This document shows, in pieces, positions 1 through 9,404 of a stretch of 32,000 nucleotides of DNA. Below the pieces are notes generated by a model that worked only from the letters and a program-made list of their open reading frames with translations, did no database searches and was not told the DNA's origin. Positions within the stretch are counted from its first letter, which is position 1, and each line of letters starts with the position of its first letter. The stretch covers positions 122,801 through 154,800 of the forward strand of contig CAKUSQ010000001.1 of the NCBI GenBank assembly GCA_934691225.1. Reading direction: 5' to 3'. Both the position numbers and the translations under genes were made by a program. Source of the stretch: an uncultured Opitutales bacterium (GTDB lineage: Bacteria > Verrucomicrobiota > Verrucomicrobiia > Opitutales > UBA9783).

Positions 1-1
1 T

Positions 2-2587
2 TTCTTAAAGGCATTACCCATTTCCACACAAAAAGTTATTGTTTTGGATCGAACTAAAGAACCAGGAGCTGTAGCAGAACCTTTATGCCAAGACGTTCAA
101 GCTGCTTTGCAAATGGCTGTTGCAAAAGGTTTACGAACCACGCTACCTCAAACGATCGGTGGACGTTACGGGTTGGGTTCAAAGGAATTCACACCTAGCA
201 TGGTTCAAGCTATTTATACCGCAGCTAAAAACAACACATTAAAACATTCATTCACGATTGGTATTGAAGATGACTTAACACACTTATCTGTTCCTGTAAA
301 AACATCTTTAAACCTAGAAACAAATGATGGTTTCCGAGCTATTTTTTACGGTCTAGGTTCTGATGGAACGGTTGGGGCAAACAAAAATACAATTAAAATT
401 ATCGGTTCAGAAACTGACAAGTTTGTCCAAGCATATTTCGTTTACGATTCAAAAAAGTCAGGCGCTATGACGGTTTCGCATCTTCGTTTTGGACCTAATC
501 CAATAAAAATGCCTTACTTGATTCAGTCTGCAAATTTCGTTGCTTGTCATCAGTTCCAATTTGTAGATCATTATGATGTCCTCTGCTCTTTAGAAAATAA
601 CGGTATATTTTTGCTAAATGCACCCTTCTCTAAAGAAGATGTTTGGAGTAAACTTCCACAAGAGGTTCAGCAAACGATTTTGGAAAAACATATTCAGTTC
701 TACGCTATCGATGCTTACGACGTCGCTCGTAAAACAGGAATGGGGGGACGAATTAATACGATTATGCAAACGTGCTTCTTTGCTATTTCTGGAATTTTGC
801 CCAAAGAAGAAGCGATTACATGCATTAAAAATGCCATTAAAAAAACCTATGGTAAGAAAGGTGATGCGGTTGTAAAGAGCAATTGCGATGCGGTAGATGC
901 AACCCTAGAACATTTACATAAAATCGAACCTAATAAATTATCGTTAAGTTCACGTAAACGTGTTCCATTAACATTATCAGGTGCTTCCGAGTTTATTCAA
1001 AAAGTAACCTGTGCATTATTAGAACAAAAAGGGGATTGTTTACCTGTAAGTTTTATGCCAACCAATGGAACTTGGCCAACAGGCACTACACGTTTTGAAA
1101 AACGTGATTTGGCGCAGTTTATTCCTGAGTGGGATCTTAGCATTTGTATTCAATGTAATCGTTGTTCAACGGTTTGCCCACATGCAGCTATTCGCGCCAA
1201 ACATTACGAAACATCAAAATTAGAGACGTCTCCTAAAGGTTTTAAATCCGCTGATTTCCGTTCTAAAGAACATCCTAATCATGCCTTTACTATTCAGGTT
1301 TCACCTGAAGATTGTACTGGTTGTGGGCTGTGTTCCGAAGTTTGTCCTGCAAAAAATAGACAAGATACGTCTAAAAAAGGGCTTAATATGGTGCTCAAGC
1401 GCGACATCTTTGATGTTGCAAAAACAAATTTTGAGTTTTTTGAAACCTTACCATGGCCTAACACGCTTCAAGATAAGATTGATGCTAAAAATTCACAATT
1501 TCGCCAACCTTTATTTGAATATTCAGGCGCCTGTGCTGGATGTGGAGAAACATCATACATTAAAATGTTAACACAACTTTTTGGTGATCACCTCCTCATT
1601 GCTAATGCCACAGGTTGCTCTTCCATTTACGGAGGAAATTTACCTACCACACCTTACACTAAAAACAATGATGGACGTGGTCCTGCATGGGCAAATTCAC
1701 TTTTTGAAGATAATGCAGAATTTGGTTTTGGTTTACGACTCTCGGCTGATAAAAAAACACAAACTGCTCGCGAGCTTTTAAAAGAATTACAACCATCACT
1801 CCAACACGATTTTTCTGATTTGCTCACAGCAAGTACAGACGATCAGCAACGTCTTAATAAACGTGAAAAAATTGCTATTTTAAAGCATGAACTGCTATCC
1901 TCAACCTCTGAAAAAGCAAAACTGCTGCTACCATTAGCTGACTTTTTGGTTGAAAAAACAGTCTGGACAATCGGCGGTGATGGTTGGGCTTACGATATTG
2001 GTTTTGGCGGCTTAGATCATGTATTGGCGAGCGGACGAAACGTTAATATTCTTGTTTTAGACACGGAAGTTTACTCCAATACGGGTGGGCAACAATCGAA
2101 ATCAACTCCTATAGGAGCTGTAGCAAAATTCGCAGCTGCCGGAAAAGAACGTGTAAAGAAAGACCTTGGCCTTCTGGCTATGATGTATGGAAATATTTAT
2201 GTTGCTCAAATAGCCATCCAAGCAAATCCTACACAAGCCGTAAAAGCTTTACTAGAAGCTAATAGTTATCCAGGAGCATCCTTAATTATCGCTTATAGTA
2301 ATTGTATTGAACACGGCTACGATTTGCGTTTTGGTGCAGAACAGCAACGTCTTGCAGTAGATTCTGGTTACTGGCCTCTATTCCGCTTTGATCCTCGTTT
2401 GACTGATCGAAATCCGTTACAATTAGATTCTGTTGAAACTAAAATTCCACTAACCAATTACTTAGAACGAGAAAATCGGTTTAAGGTTTTGATGAAATCA
2501 AATCCAGAACGTGCAGAAAAATTGCTCAAAAAAGCGCAAGAAGCCGTTTCGCATCGTATAGCGTTCTACAAACATTTAGCACAATAA
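2..2587 (+). CDS. nifJ: Pyruvate:ferredoxin (flavodoxin) oxidoreductase, single-polypeptide NifJ/YdbK type; 5'-truncated by the window edge
   Basis: The frame is open from nt 2 (FLKALPISTQKVIVLDRTKEPGA...), so the TTG at 44 in the ORF track is internal. Two ferredoxin-type clusters (CIQCNRCSTVCP, CTGCGLCSEVCP). TPP-binding motif GGDGWAYDIGFGGLDH. Domain order matches the C-terminal ~860 aa of ~1170-aa PFORs. TAA stop followed by a hairpin terminator. Confidence 0.9.
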   Translation, partial: FLKALPISTQKVIVLDRTKEPGAVAEPLCQDVQAALQMAVAKGLRTTLPQTIGGRYGLGSKEFTPSMVQAIYTAAKNNTLKHSFTIGIEDDLTHLSVPVKTSLNLETNDGFRAIFYGLGSDGTVGANKNTIKIIGSETDKFVQAYFVYDSKKSGAMTVSHLRFGPNPIKMPYLIQSANFVACHQFQFVDHYDVLCSLENNGIFLLNAPFSKEDVWSKLPQEVQQTILEKHIQFYAIDAYDVARKTGMGGRINTIMQTCFFAISGILPKEEAITCIKNAIKKTYGKKGDAVVKSNCDAVDATLEHLHKIEPNKLSLSSRKRVPLTLSGASEFIQKVTCALLEQKGDCLPVSFMPTNGTWPTGTTRFEKRDLAQFIPEWDLSICIQCNRCSTVCPHAAIRAKHYETSKLETSPKGFKSADFRSKEHPNHAFTIQVSPEDCTGCGLCSEVCPAKNRQDTSKKGLNMVLKRDIFDVAKTNFEFFETLPWPNTLQDKIDAKNSQFRQPLFEYSGACAGCGETSYIKMLTQLFGDHLLIANATGCSSIYGGNLPTTPYTKNNDGRGPAWANSLFEDNAEFGFGLRLSADKKTQTARELLKELQPSLQHDFSDLLTASTDDQQRLNKREKIAILKHELLSSTSEKAKLLLPLADFLVEKTVWTIGGDGWAYDIGFGGLDHVLASGRNVNILVLDTEVYSNTGGQQSKSTPIGAVAKFAAAGKERVKKDLGLLAMMYGNIYVAQIAIQANPTQAVKALLEANSYPGASLIIAYSNCIEHGYDLRFGAEQQRLAVDSGYWPLFRFDPRLTDRNPLQLDSVETKIPLTNYLERENRFKVLMKSNPERAEKLLKKAQEAVSHRIAFYKHLAQ

Positions 2588-2594
2588 CATCATC

Positions 2595-2632
2595 CTCCAC
2601 CTGTAAAAATCACCACAGGTGGAGCTTTTTAT
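2595..2632 (+). terminator. Rho-independent terminator after PFOR
   Basis: Perfect 10-bp stem ctccacctgt (2595-2604) / acaggtggag (2615-2624), 10-nt loop, then cTTTTTaTT. Confidence 0.8.
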
Positions 2633-2760
2633 TCCCCACTCTTTGTAAAAAGTAGCACAATCATATTCATTTATTTCTAAAAATAAAAATTAAACATTGA
2701 AAAATTTTCTTTAAAATTATATTATAAAAATGTCGTTAAGGCAACTGTAGGGACTTAAAT

Positions 2761-4134
2761 ATGCAACTAGATAAAATATTGATTGTCGATGATGAACTTG
2801 TAATTCGAAAGGCATTGGAAGAACAGCTAAGGAGCAATCGTTACACGGTCGCTTCTGTATCTTCTCTCGCAGACGCTGAAGACATGCTTAATAAAGATAA
2901 TTTTGATTTAGTTTTTCTTGATGTTCGTTTACCTGATGGTGATGGAACGAAATTACTAAAGCATTTTAATGAATTACCTGACTCGTTTGAAAAACCTTTA
3001 ACGGTGGTTGTAACAGGTCACGGTTCTATTGAATCAGCCGTCGCTTGTATGAAATTAGGCGCCTTTGATTACATCATCAAACCTTTCTCTTTACAAGAAA
3101 TAGATGTTGTACTTCAAAAAGCAGAGACATTCAGTCATATGATGAAAATTAACCAATATTTTTCTGCTAAAGGCACAGATGGTGAAAATACCTGCGAGCT
3201 TCTCGGAGAAAGTCCAGCTATTCAACGGATACGAACTTTAATTTCCAAAGTGGCTGCCACTGAAGCCACAGTGCTCATCACAGGAGAAAATGGTACAGGT
3301 AAAGAACTGGTTGCACATGAAATTTATCGTCAAAGCCATCTATCCGGAAAACCTTACATTACTGTCAATTGTGCAGCTATCGCTGAAAATTTAATCGAAA
3401 GTGAATTTTTTGGTCATGAAAAAGGTGCATTCACACACGCTATACAACGTCGCATGGGACGTTTCGAATTAGCCAATAATGGTACTATTTTACTGGATGA
3501 AATCGCAGAAATCTCGCCTCATCTCCAAGCTAAATTATTGCGTGTATTACAAGAAAAAGAATTTGAACGTGTAGGTGGTACAAAAACACTTCGTGTCAAT
3601 GTGCGTGTTATCGCTTCAACCAATCGAGATTTGCGTCAATCTGTATTGAAAGGTGATTTTCGTGAAGACCTTTATTACCGCCTTAACGTTTTTCCTATAG
3701 AAATTCCACCTTTGCGCGAACGTGGAAATGATATTTTGCTGTTAGCCAACGCTTTTCTAAAAAAATATATACGTAAACATGGAATTCAGGTACAAGGATT
3801 TTCTGAAGAATCAAAAAAAGCTCTGCTTCAACATCGCTGGCCTGGAAATGTTCGAGAACTTCAAAACACCATCGAACGAGCTATTATTTTATCCAACGGA
3901 CAAGCATGGATTCAACCAACGGCGCTCAATTTAACATCGAACGATTGTGCATGCACATCCTGCCATCATGAACAAGAAATACCTTTAGTTAACTTAGAGA
4001 CTGTTGAAAAAAAACATATTCTTCATGTATTAAATGCTATGCAAGGGAACCGAACAAAAGCAGCTTCCTTGCTTAACATCAGCACACGTACCTTAAGCAA
4101 CAAACTTAAACAGTACGCTATTTGTAAAGAATAA
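2761..4134 (+). CDS. Sigma-54-dependent two-component response regulator (NtrC/AtoC family enhancer-binding protein)
   Basis: Receiver domain with DDE acidic pocket, D54 in FLDVRLPDGDG, and K in IIKPF. AAA+ sigma-54 activation domain (Walker A GENGTGKE, Walker B ILLDEI, loop ESEFFGHEKGAFTHA, WPGNVRELQN). C-terminal Fis-type HTH (NRTKAASLLNISTRTLSNKLKQY). No histidine kinase on either side. Confidence 0.9.
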   Translation: MQLDKILIVDDELVIRKALEEQLRSNRYTVASVSSLADAEDMLNKDNFDLVFLDVRLPDGDGTKLLKHFNELPDSFEKPLTVVVTGHGSIESAVACMKLGAFDYIIKPFSLQEIDVVLQKAETFSHMMKINQYFSAKGTDGENTCELLGESPAIQRIRTLISKVAATEATVLITGENGTGKELVAHEIYRQSHLSGKPYITVNCAAIAENLIESEFFGHEKGAFTHAIQRRMGRFELANNGTILLDEIAEISPHLQAKLLRVLQEKEFERVGGTKTLRVNVRVIASTNRDLRQSVLKGDFREDLYYRLNVFPIEIPPLRERGNDILLLANAFLKKYIRKHGIQVQGFSEESKKALLQHRWPGNVRELQNTIERAIILSNGQAWIQPTALNLTSNDCACTSCHHEQEIPLVNLETVEKKHILHVLNAMQGNRTKAASLLNISTRTLSNKLKQYAICKE

Positions 4135-4158
4135 TTTTTTAAATTAAAAAATAACAGA

Positions 4159-5409
4159 TTAGTAAGGCAAAGGAAATTTTGCACACAATTCCTTGACGCA
4201 CATACGAATCTCTTCATTTCCATCCGCACTTCCCTCACATAACGTTTGGTGCATCAAATTCGATATCTGTTCCATTTCAGCAAGACCCATACCGCGTGAA
4301 GTTAAAGCTGCGGTTCCAATGCGTAAACCACTCGTTTGAAATGGACTGCGTGTTTCACCAGGAATCGTATTACGATTAACAGTAATCTTATTTTTTTCCA
4401 ATAATTCTTGCGCTTGTTTTCCAGATAGCTCTGCATGTGACGGCCTTAAATCCACCAAAAACAGATGGTTATCCGTTCCACCACTTACTAATTTATACCC
4501 ATTTTTTTGAAAACAATCTGCCAAACACTTTGTATTATTAATAACATTTTGCTGATAAAGCTTAAATTCTGGCATTAAAGCTTGTTTAAAACAAACCGCT
4601 TTGCCTGCGATTACATGCATCAAAGGCCCACCCTGCGTTCCAGGAAAAACAATAGAATCCACTGCTTTCGCATAACAGGCCTTACAAAGAATCAACCCTC
4701 CTCGTGGTCCTCGTAAAGTTTTATGGGTCGTTGTTGTAACAAAATCAGCGTAAGGAACAGGTGACGAATGCAAGCCTGCAGCCACTAAACCAGCAATATG
4801 CGCGATATCCGCTAATAAATAAGCCCCGCACTTTTTAGCGATTTTTGACATGCGCTCAAAATCAATAAATCTAGGGTAAGCAGAAGCTCCAACAGTAATC
4901 ATATTGGGTTTTTCACGCATCGCTACAGCTTCCAAATCATCGTAATCGATCCGCCCTGTTTCCAAATTTACCCCATAATGCACCACATTAAACAGCATTC
5001 CACTGATATTCTTACTGTATCCATGCGACAAATGACCCCCACAATCCAATTGCATCGTAAGTAATTTATCACCAGGCTTCAAAACGGACAAATACACAGC
5101 CACATTAGCTTGTGTACCTGAGTGCGGCTGAACATTTACATGCTCTGCACCAAAAACTTTCTTTGCACGATCAATCGCCAGCTGCTCTATTTGATCCACA
5201 CAATAGCATCCACCATAATAACGTTTTTCAGGATAACCTTCCGCATATTTATTAGTTAAAATGCTGCCAACTGCTTCCATAATTGATGGTAATGTAAAAT
5301 TTTCGGAAGCAATCAATTCTAAACCTTCATCTTGACGATGCTTTTCTCTGCGAATAAGTTCAGCAATTTCAGGATCAAATAATTCTAGCGATTGTATAGG
5401 CAATATCAT
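4159..5409 (-). CDS. glyA: Serine hydroxymethyltransferase
   Basis: Full-length 416 aa. PLP-lysine motif [14 protein letters not shown], plus ASENF and YAEGYP..RYYGG motifs. Confidence 0.95.
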   Translation of the reverse strand: MILPIQSLELFDPEIAELIRREKHRQDEGLELIASENFTLPSIMEAVGSILTNKYAEGYPEKRYYGGCYCVDQIEQLAIDRAKKVFGAEHVNVQPHSGTQANVAVYLSVLKPGDKLLTMQLDCGGHLSHGYSKNISGMLFNVVHYGVNLETGRIDYDDLEAVAMREKPNMITVGASAYPRFIDFERMSKIAKKCGAYLLADIAHIAGLVAAGLHSSPVPYADFVTTTTHKTLRGPRGGLILCKACYAKAVDSIVFPGTQGGPLMHVIAGKAVCFKQALMPEFKLYQQNVINNTKCLADCFQKNGYKLVSGGTDNHLFLVDLRPSHAELSGKQAQELLEKNKITVNRNTIPGETRSPFQTSGLRIGTAALTSRGMGLAEMEQISNLMHQTLCEGSADGNEEIRMCVKELCAKFPLPY

Positions 5410-5454
5410 ATTTTTAAATAAACACAGGTGAAAACGAAATACAAGCCTTTAAAC

Positions 5455-5480
5455 ACAAAAAAGCTCAAATATGAGCTCTT
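5455..5480 (-). terminator. Rho-independent terminator after tsf
   Basis: Minus strand reads AAGAGCUCA-UAUU-UGAGCUUUU followed by a U run, 25 nt after the tsf stop. Confidence 0.7.
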
Positions 5481-5505
5481 ATGTGGTTAATTCATTACAT
5501 TTTTA

Positions 5506-6096
5506 TTATTCACCAAGCTGGAAACGAACAAAACGCTTGATAACAATGTTTTCACCTATCTTAGCAATTTTAGCGGTGATTAAGGATTGAATTGTCATGG
5601 ACGTATCTTTGACAAACGGCTGTTCCAATAAACAAATCTCGCTGAACCATTTATTCAATTTACCTTCAACAATCTTTGCAATAGCGGCTTCTGGTTTGCC
5701 AACACATTGAGCTTTCGCAATTTCTGTCTCCTTATCGATAGATTCTTGTGGAACATCTTCTCGTTTCAAATACAGCGGACTAGCAGCAGCAATATGCATA
5801 CAAACATCCAAAGCCAACTGCTTAAATTCTTCATTCCTGGCAACAAAATCCGTCTCACAATTGATTTCAACTAAAACGCCTAACTTACCTCCCATATGAA
5901 TATAGGACTCAATTAAACCTTCTTGAGCTGAACGTCCTGCCTTTTTAGCAGCACTTGCAACACCTTTTTTCTTTAAAATTACAACAGCTTCCTCTTCGTT
6001 ACCATTACTTTCAATCAAAGCTTTTTTGCAATCCACCAAACCTGCACCTGTTTTAGCACGAAGTGCAGCCACCATTTTTGCAGTTACTTCTACCAT
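5506..6096 (-). CDS. tsf: Translation elongation factor Ts (short ~196-aa form)
   Basis: N-terminal UBA-like [20 protein letters not shown] and the core TDFVARN motif. The ATG directly abuts the rpsB stop (TAAATG), the classic rpsB-tsf pair. Confidence 0.93.
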   Translation of the reverse strand: MVEVTAKMVAALRAKTGAGLVDCKKALIESNGNEEEAVVILKKKGVASAAKKAGRSAQEGLIESYIHMGGKLGVLVEINCETDFVARNEEFKQLALDVCMHIAAASPLYLKREDVPQESIDKETEIAKAQCVGKPEAAIAKIVEGKLNKWFSEICLLEQPFVKDTSMTIQSLITAKIAKIGENIVIKRFVRFQLGE

Positions 6097-7005
6097 TTAC
6101 TTTTCCTCAACAACTTCTGTGTTTGGCTTAACAGCTGCAGTTTCCGCCGTTACCTCTGATTTTTCTACAGATTCCTTAGCCACAGGTGCTTTAGCGACTT
6201 TATCTTTTTTCTCTCCATGCAGCCTTTTTGACTTTGTATCTGTATGCTTTCGCAAACCGCCTTTAGCTTTAGCAGCTTTGACAACACCAGCTGAAATATC
6301 CTTATGACTGGCTTTATTCAACTTATACAATTCAACTCCCTGCATGATAACATCTTGCAAATATTCGAAAATAATTCTCAAAGATTTTATAGAATCATCA
6401 TTCGCTGGAATTGGAAAATCTAACACGGTTGGATCAGAATTTGTATCCACAATCCCAATAGTTGGAATTTGTAAACGACGCGCTTCACGAACGGCAATTG
6501 CTTCATGCGCTGAATCAACAACAAATAAAATATCAGGCCGCTTTTCTAACGTACGAATACCTTCAAAACCACGATGCATACGAACCATTTCTCTGCGAAT
6601 AGCAGCACTTTCTTTTTTCGGCAACTTATTCAACTCACCTGATTCTTCCATATCTAAGAAGCGTTGATACTTTGCCAAGCTCGTTTTTACCGTCTCAAAG
6701 TTTGTTAAACAACCACCTAACCAGCGATTGGCGCAAAATGGCATTTCAACCGCTTGTCCTAAATCACGAATTAATGCTTGAGCCTGAGGTTTGGTTCCTA
6801 CTAATAAAACTCTAGAACCGCTTTTAATTTTTTCGATTAAAAATTCAGCTGCCTTTTCTAAACATTCGCATGTACGTTCCAAATCAATAATGGAAACCCC
6901 ATGTATATGACGATACAAATAAGGTCCAAATTTCGGATTCCAACGTTTTATCTGGTGCCCAAAATGAACACCTGACTCTATCATACTTTCGTAATCTAAT
7001 TTCAT
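6097..7005 (-). CDS. rpsB: 30S ribosomal protein S2 with ~60-aa K/A/E-rich C-terminal extension
   Basis: S2 core (GVHFGHQIKRWNPKF, LLVGTKPQA, FVVD...EAIAVREARRLQIPTIGIVDTN). The tail AKAKGGLRKHTDTKSKRLHGEKKDKVAKAPVAKE... lies beyond the usual ~240-aa length. Confidence 0.93.
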   Translation of the reverse strand: MKLDYESMIESGVHFGHQIKRWNPKFGPYLYRHIHGVSIIDLERTCECLEKAAEFLIEKIKSGSRVLLVGTKPQAQALIRDLGQAVEMPFCANRWLGGCLTNFETVKTSLAKYQRFLDMEESGELNKLPKKESAAIRREMVRMHRGFEGIRTLEKRPDILFVVDSAHEAIAVREARRLQIPTIGIVDTNSDPTVLDFPIPANDDSIKSLRIIFEYLQDVIMQGVELYKLNKASHKDISAGVVKAAKAKGGLRKHTDTKSKRLHGEKKDKVAKAPVAKESVEKSEVTAETAAVKPNTEVVEEK

Positions 7006-7131
7006 AATTTTTTCTCCGTATTCCTTTATAGAATCTAGGATAAATGGTTAAGGGTTAATTTCGAACATAAGTAAAAACCATTTTAAAACAAATAGCAAGC
7101 AAAACTGTAAAATATTAACACAAAACTTTTT

Positions 7132-7470
7132 TCAAAAATTGACGCGCTTATCTTTGGCACCCAAAACCTCATGGTTACCATTTTTAAAACGAATCACATA
7201 CTCACTTGTCCGTAAAAAACCTGCTTGCTCATGCGCCACATGTTCTCTAAATACAGGATCTGTCATCAATTTTTTTATAAAATACCTTTTAGCCATTACC
7301 TCTAACTTTAAATCGTTAATCGAAGTCTCGTACTGAATGCGTTTTAATGCTAAAGCTTTATAATGCATATAAGATGCATAAAAACGTTTTCCCCAAAAAT
7401 TATAAATTCCCAGCAATAATCCTAAAAAAAAGGTTATGTAAATCACTATTTTTTGTCTGAAAAACCCCAT
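7132..7470 (-). CDS. Septum formation initiator family protein (FtsB/DivIC-like)
   Basis: 112 aa. N-terminal TM (IVIYITFFLGLLLGIYNFWG), a coiled-coil stretch, then LMTDPVFREHVAHEQAGFLRTSEYVIRF, which matches the DivIC/FtsB C-terminal pattern (D..yiE..AR..lG....gE.v.rf). Confidence 0.6.
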   Translation of the reverse strand: MGFFRQKIVIYITFFLGLLLGIYNFWGKRFYASYMHYKALALKRIQYETSINDLKLEVMAKRYFIKKLMTDPVFREHVAHEQAGFLRTSEYVIRFKNGNHEVLGAKDKRVNF

Positions 7471-7557
7471 TGTTTTTAAAAAAATTCAATTCCATTGTTA
7501 GTTTTTCATTGCCAAACACAAAAGTCAAAGCTAAAGTAGAATTAAAGGCTTTGCTTT

Positions 7558-8376
7558 ATGTATCAACAATTCTTTGGTTTTTCTGAGGATCCTTTTAACA
7601 TTACACCCGATCCTAAATTTTTATTTCTCAGCGACGAACATAACGCCGCACTCACGTTATTGCGTTATGGGCTCGAACAATCTAAAGGATTTATGGTAAT
7701 TACTGGCGAAGTTGGCTGCGGTAAAACCTTACTTTGCCGATCGCTTTTACAAAGCTTAGACGAAAGCGTTTTTGAAACAGCTTGGCTATACTCCTCTAAT
7801 ATCACACCTGAACAACTTATCCGAAGTATTTTAAAAGAGATCGGGATGCCAACGACTCGATTACCTGAAACAGACCACCTGGAAGTTCTTAACGACTATC
7901 TATTATCAAAAATTAGCCGGGGGAAAGAAATTTTACTCATCATTGATGAAGCTCAAAACTTATCTTACGAGCTGCTTGAAGCCATTCGTTTGTTATCCAA
8001 TCTAGAAACAGATCAGCGCAAACTACTGCAAATTTTATTGGTTGGACAACCTGAATTAAAGGCCAAATTAAACCAACCTCAATTGCGTCAATTAAAACAA
8101 AGAATCTTAATTTATTATGAATTGCACCCATTGACTAAAAAAACAACGCAACAATACATAAATCATCGCCTCAACCTCGTTTGTCAACAACCTGGACTTC
8201 CTAAAATTTCATACAGTGCTTTCAAACGAATTTATAAATATTCTCAAGGTATACCTCGAATTATTAATAATGTTTGCGATAAATCATTGATTTCAGCTTA
8301 TACACGTTTATCTCAAAAAGTTGAAGCTAAAGATGTACAAAAAGCTATCAAAGACATTGAAAGGATATCTTTATGA
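7558..8376 (+). CDS. ExeA/GspA/MshM-family AAA ATPase (soluble form, no TM or peptidoglycan-binding domain)
   Basis: Walker A ITGEVGCGKTLL, Walker B ILLIIDEAQNL, and the LLQILLVGQPEL signature typical of COG3267 ExeA-like proteins. The TGA overlaps the next ATG (ATGA at 8373-8376). Confidence 0.85.
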   Translation: MYQQFFGFSEDPFNITPDPKFLFLSDEHNAALTLLRYGLEQSKGFMVITGEVGCGKTLLCRSLLQSLDESVFETAWLYSSNITPEQLIRSILKEIGMPTTRLPETDHLEVLNDYLLSKISRGKEILLIIDEAQNLSYELLEAIRLLSNLETDQRKLLQILLVGQPELKAKLNQPQLRQLKQRILIYYELHPLTKKTTQQYINHRLNLVCQQPGLPKISYSAFKRIYKYSQGIPRIINNVCDKSLISAYTRLSQKVEAKDVQKAIKDIERISL

Positions 8377-9404
8377 GCCGACTTTTAAAAAAGATTCAAG
8401 CCACTCAACAACAGGCTGCTCAGCGCATCATACTATGTCAACGCCCACAACTTTTAAAAAAACGTATGCATGCACGATACGCTAAAACAATTTTCATTTA
8501 TGCCAGTGCTCTATTTTTAGGTAGTTTACTTGCTTTTTCATTTCTAAAGAATCATACGACCTCAATTCAAAACACACCTTTATCAGAAATTTCACATTCT
8601 ACTGATGAAATTGAAACCGTTGCAAAAACCAATTATTCTCCTTTACCAACCATTTCTATAGAACCTCTTACTTGGACTGATAATCCACATAACTTTAATG
8701 ATGAAACATGTGTTGCACAAATACCTTTACGACCAGTTACAAAATCCTCGATAGCAGAAACCGTAAAACCTTCTCTAGAAGATCAGAATATCACTTCAAA
8801 TCAACTTTCAGAAACAGTTGATAATTCGGATAATCCAATACTTACACCACAACAGGCATTGCCTTTATCTTCCAATAAAAATGATATTGTCACAGTCACT
8901 CTTAATAAAAACAATGACACAACTGCCCAAACAACACACGAAATTTTTAACAAAATTTCTACTGAAAAATCAGCCACACAGTTCCTACCAAAAATCGATC
9001 ATCAACAATTTCCAATTCATCTAATTTCAAAAAATTTGAAACCTCTCTGGCAGTTAATTTATAATGAAATCTCGTGTAAACATCAACAAATAACTCAGTT
9101 GATTACCGCTATCAATAATAACCTTCAAATGCCATCCGATGATCCTACCACCAACACACGTTTAACATTGAAACAACAAACACACCTCAATGCTATCTAT
9201 CATTTCCTTAAAAAGTTTCGCATCGATGGTGTACGCATCAATGGGACTCAGTCTCGCATACAAGCTAATGGTTACGCTTATCATGTAAATACGCTCGTAT
9301 CTCACAGACCTTTTTTAAAATTAACCGGAATCACCAATAACGAAATTATCTTTAAAGATGAATACAACCAAGAATACAGAAAAGAAATCTCGCAAAACAA
9401 CTAA
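8373..9404 (+). CDS. Bitopic membrane protein, hypothetical; C-terminal ~65 aa resemble the GspB/PilP-type beta domain
   Basis: Basic N-terminus, one TM (TIFIYASALFLGSLLAFSFL, nt ~8484-8546), a Q/N/T/S-rich low-complexity spacer, and C-terminal FRIDGVRINGTQSRIQANGYAYHVNTLVS..LKLTGITNNEIIFKDEYNQEY. Translationally coupled to the ATPase. The functional call is inference only. Confidence 0.5.
   Translation: MSRLLKKIQATQQQAAQRIILCQRPQLLKKRMHARYAKTIFIYASALFLGSLLAFSFLKNHTTSIQNTPLSEISHSTDEIETVAKTNYSPLPTISIEPLTWTDNPHNFNDETCVAQIPLRPVTKSSIAETVKPSLEDQNITSNQLSETVDNSDNPILTPQQALPLSSNKNDIVTVTLNKNNDTTAQTTHEIFNKISTEKSATQFLPKIDHQQFPIHLISKNLKPLWQLIYNEISCKHQQITQLITAINNNLQMPSDDPTTNTRLTLKQQTHLNAIYHFLKKFRIDGVRINGTQSRIQANGYAYHVNTLVSHRPFLKLTGITNNEIIFKDEYNQEYRKEISQNN

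Noticed and set aside
44-46. ORF-track starts at TTG 44 (PFOR), TTG 12181 (BFN) and TTG 19576 (ferredoxin)
   Set aside because: PFOR homology and the open frame continue to the window edge. For the other two, downstream ATGs (12166 with an ATGA overlap; 19552) give better-supported N-termini.
618-1781. Alternative-frame ORFs inside the PFOR gene (618-875, 1281-1571, 1581-1781)
   Set aside because: They are fully nested in a strongly supported CDS in other frames, and their low-complexity K/L/F-rich translations have no motifs.
2730-2750. Six-codon upstream ORF (ATG TCG TTA AGG CAA CTG TAG) 10 nt before the EBP start
   Set aside because: It is too short and has no SD or conservation evidence. 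It is most likely a chance occurrence in an AT-rich leader.
4023-8131. Antisense or nested ORFs 4023-4238, 6026-6307, 6344-6667, 7139-7336 and 7940-8131
   Set aside because: Each overlaps a well-supported gene (EBP/glyA, tsf, rpsB, ftsB-like, exeA-like) on the opposite strand. They have no independent start context or motifs.
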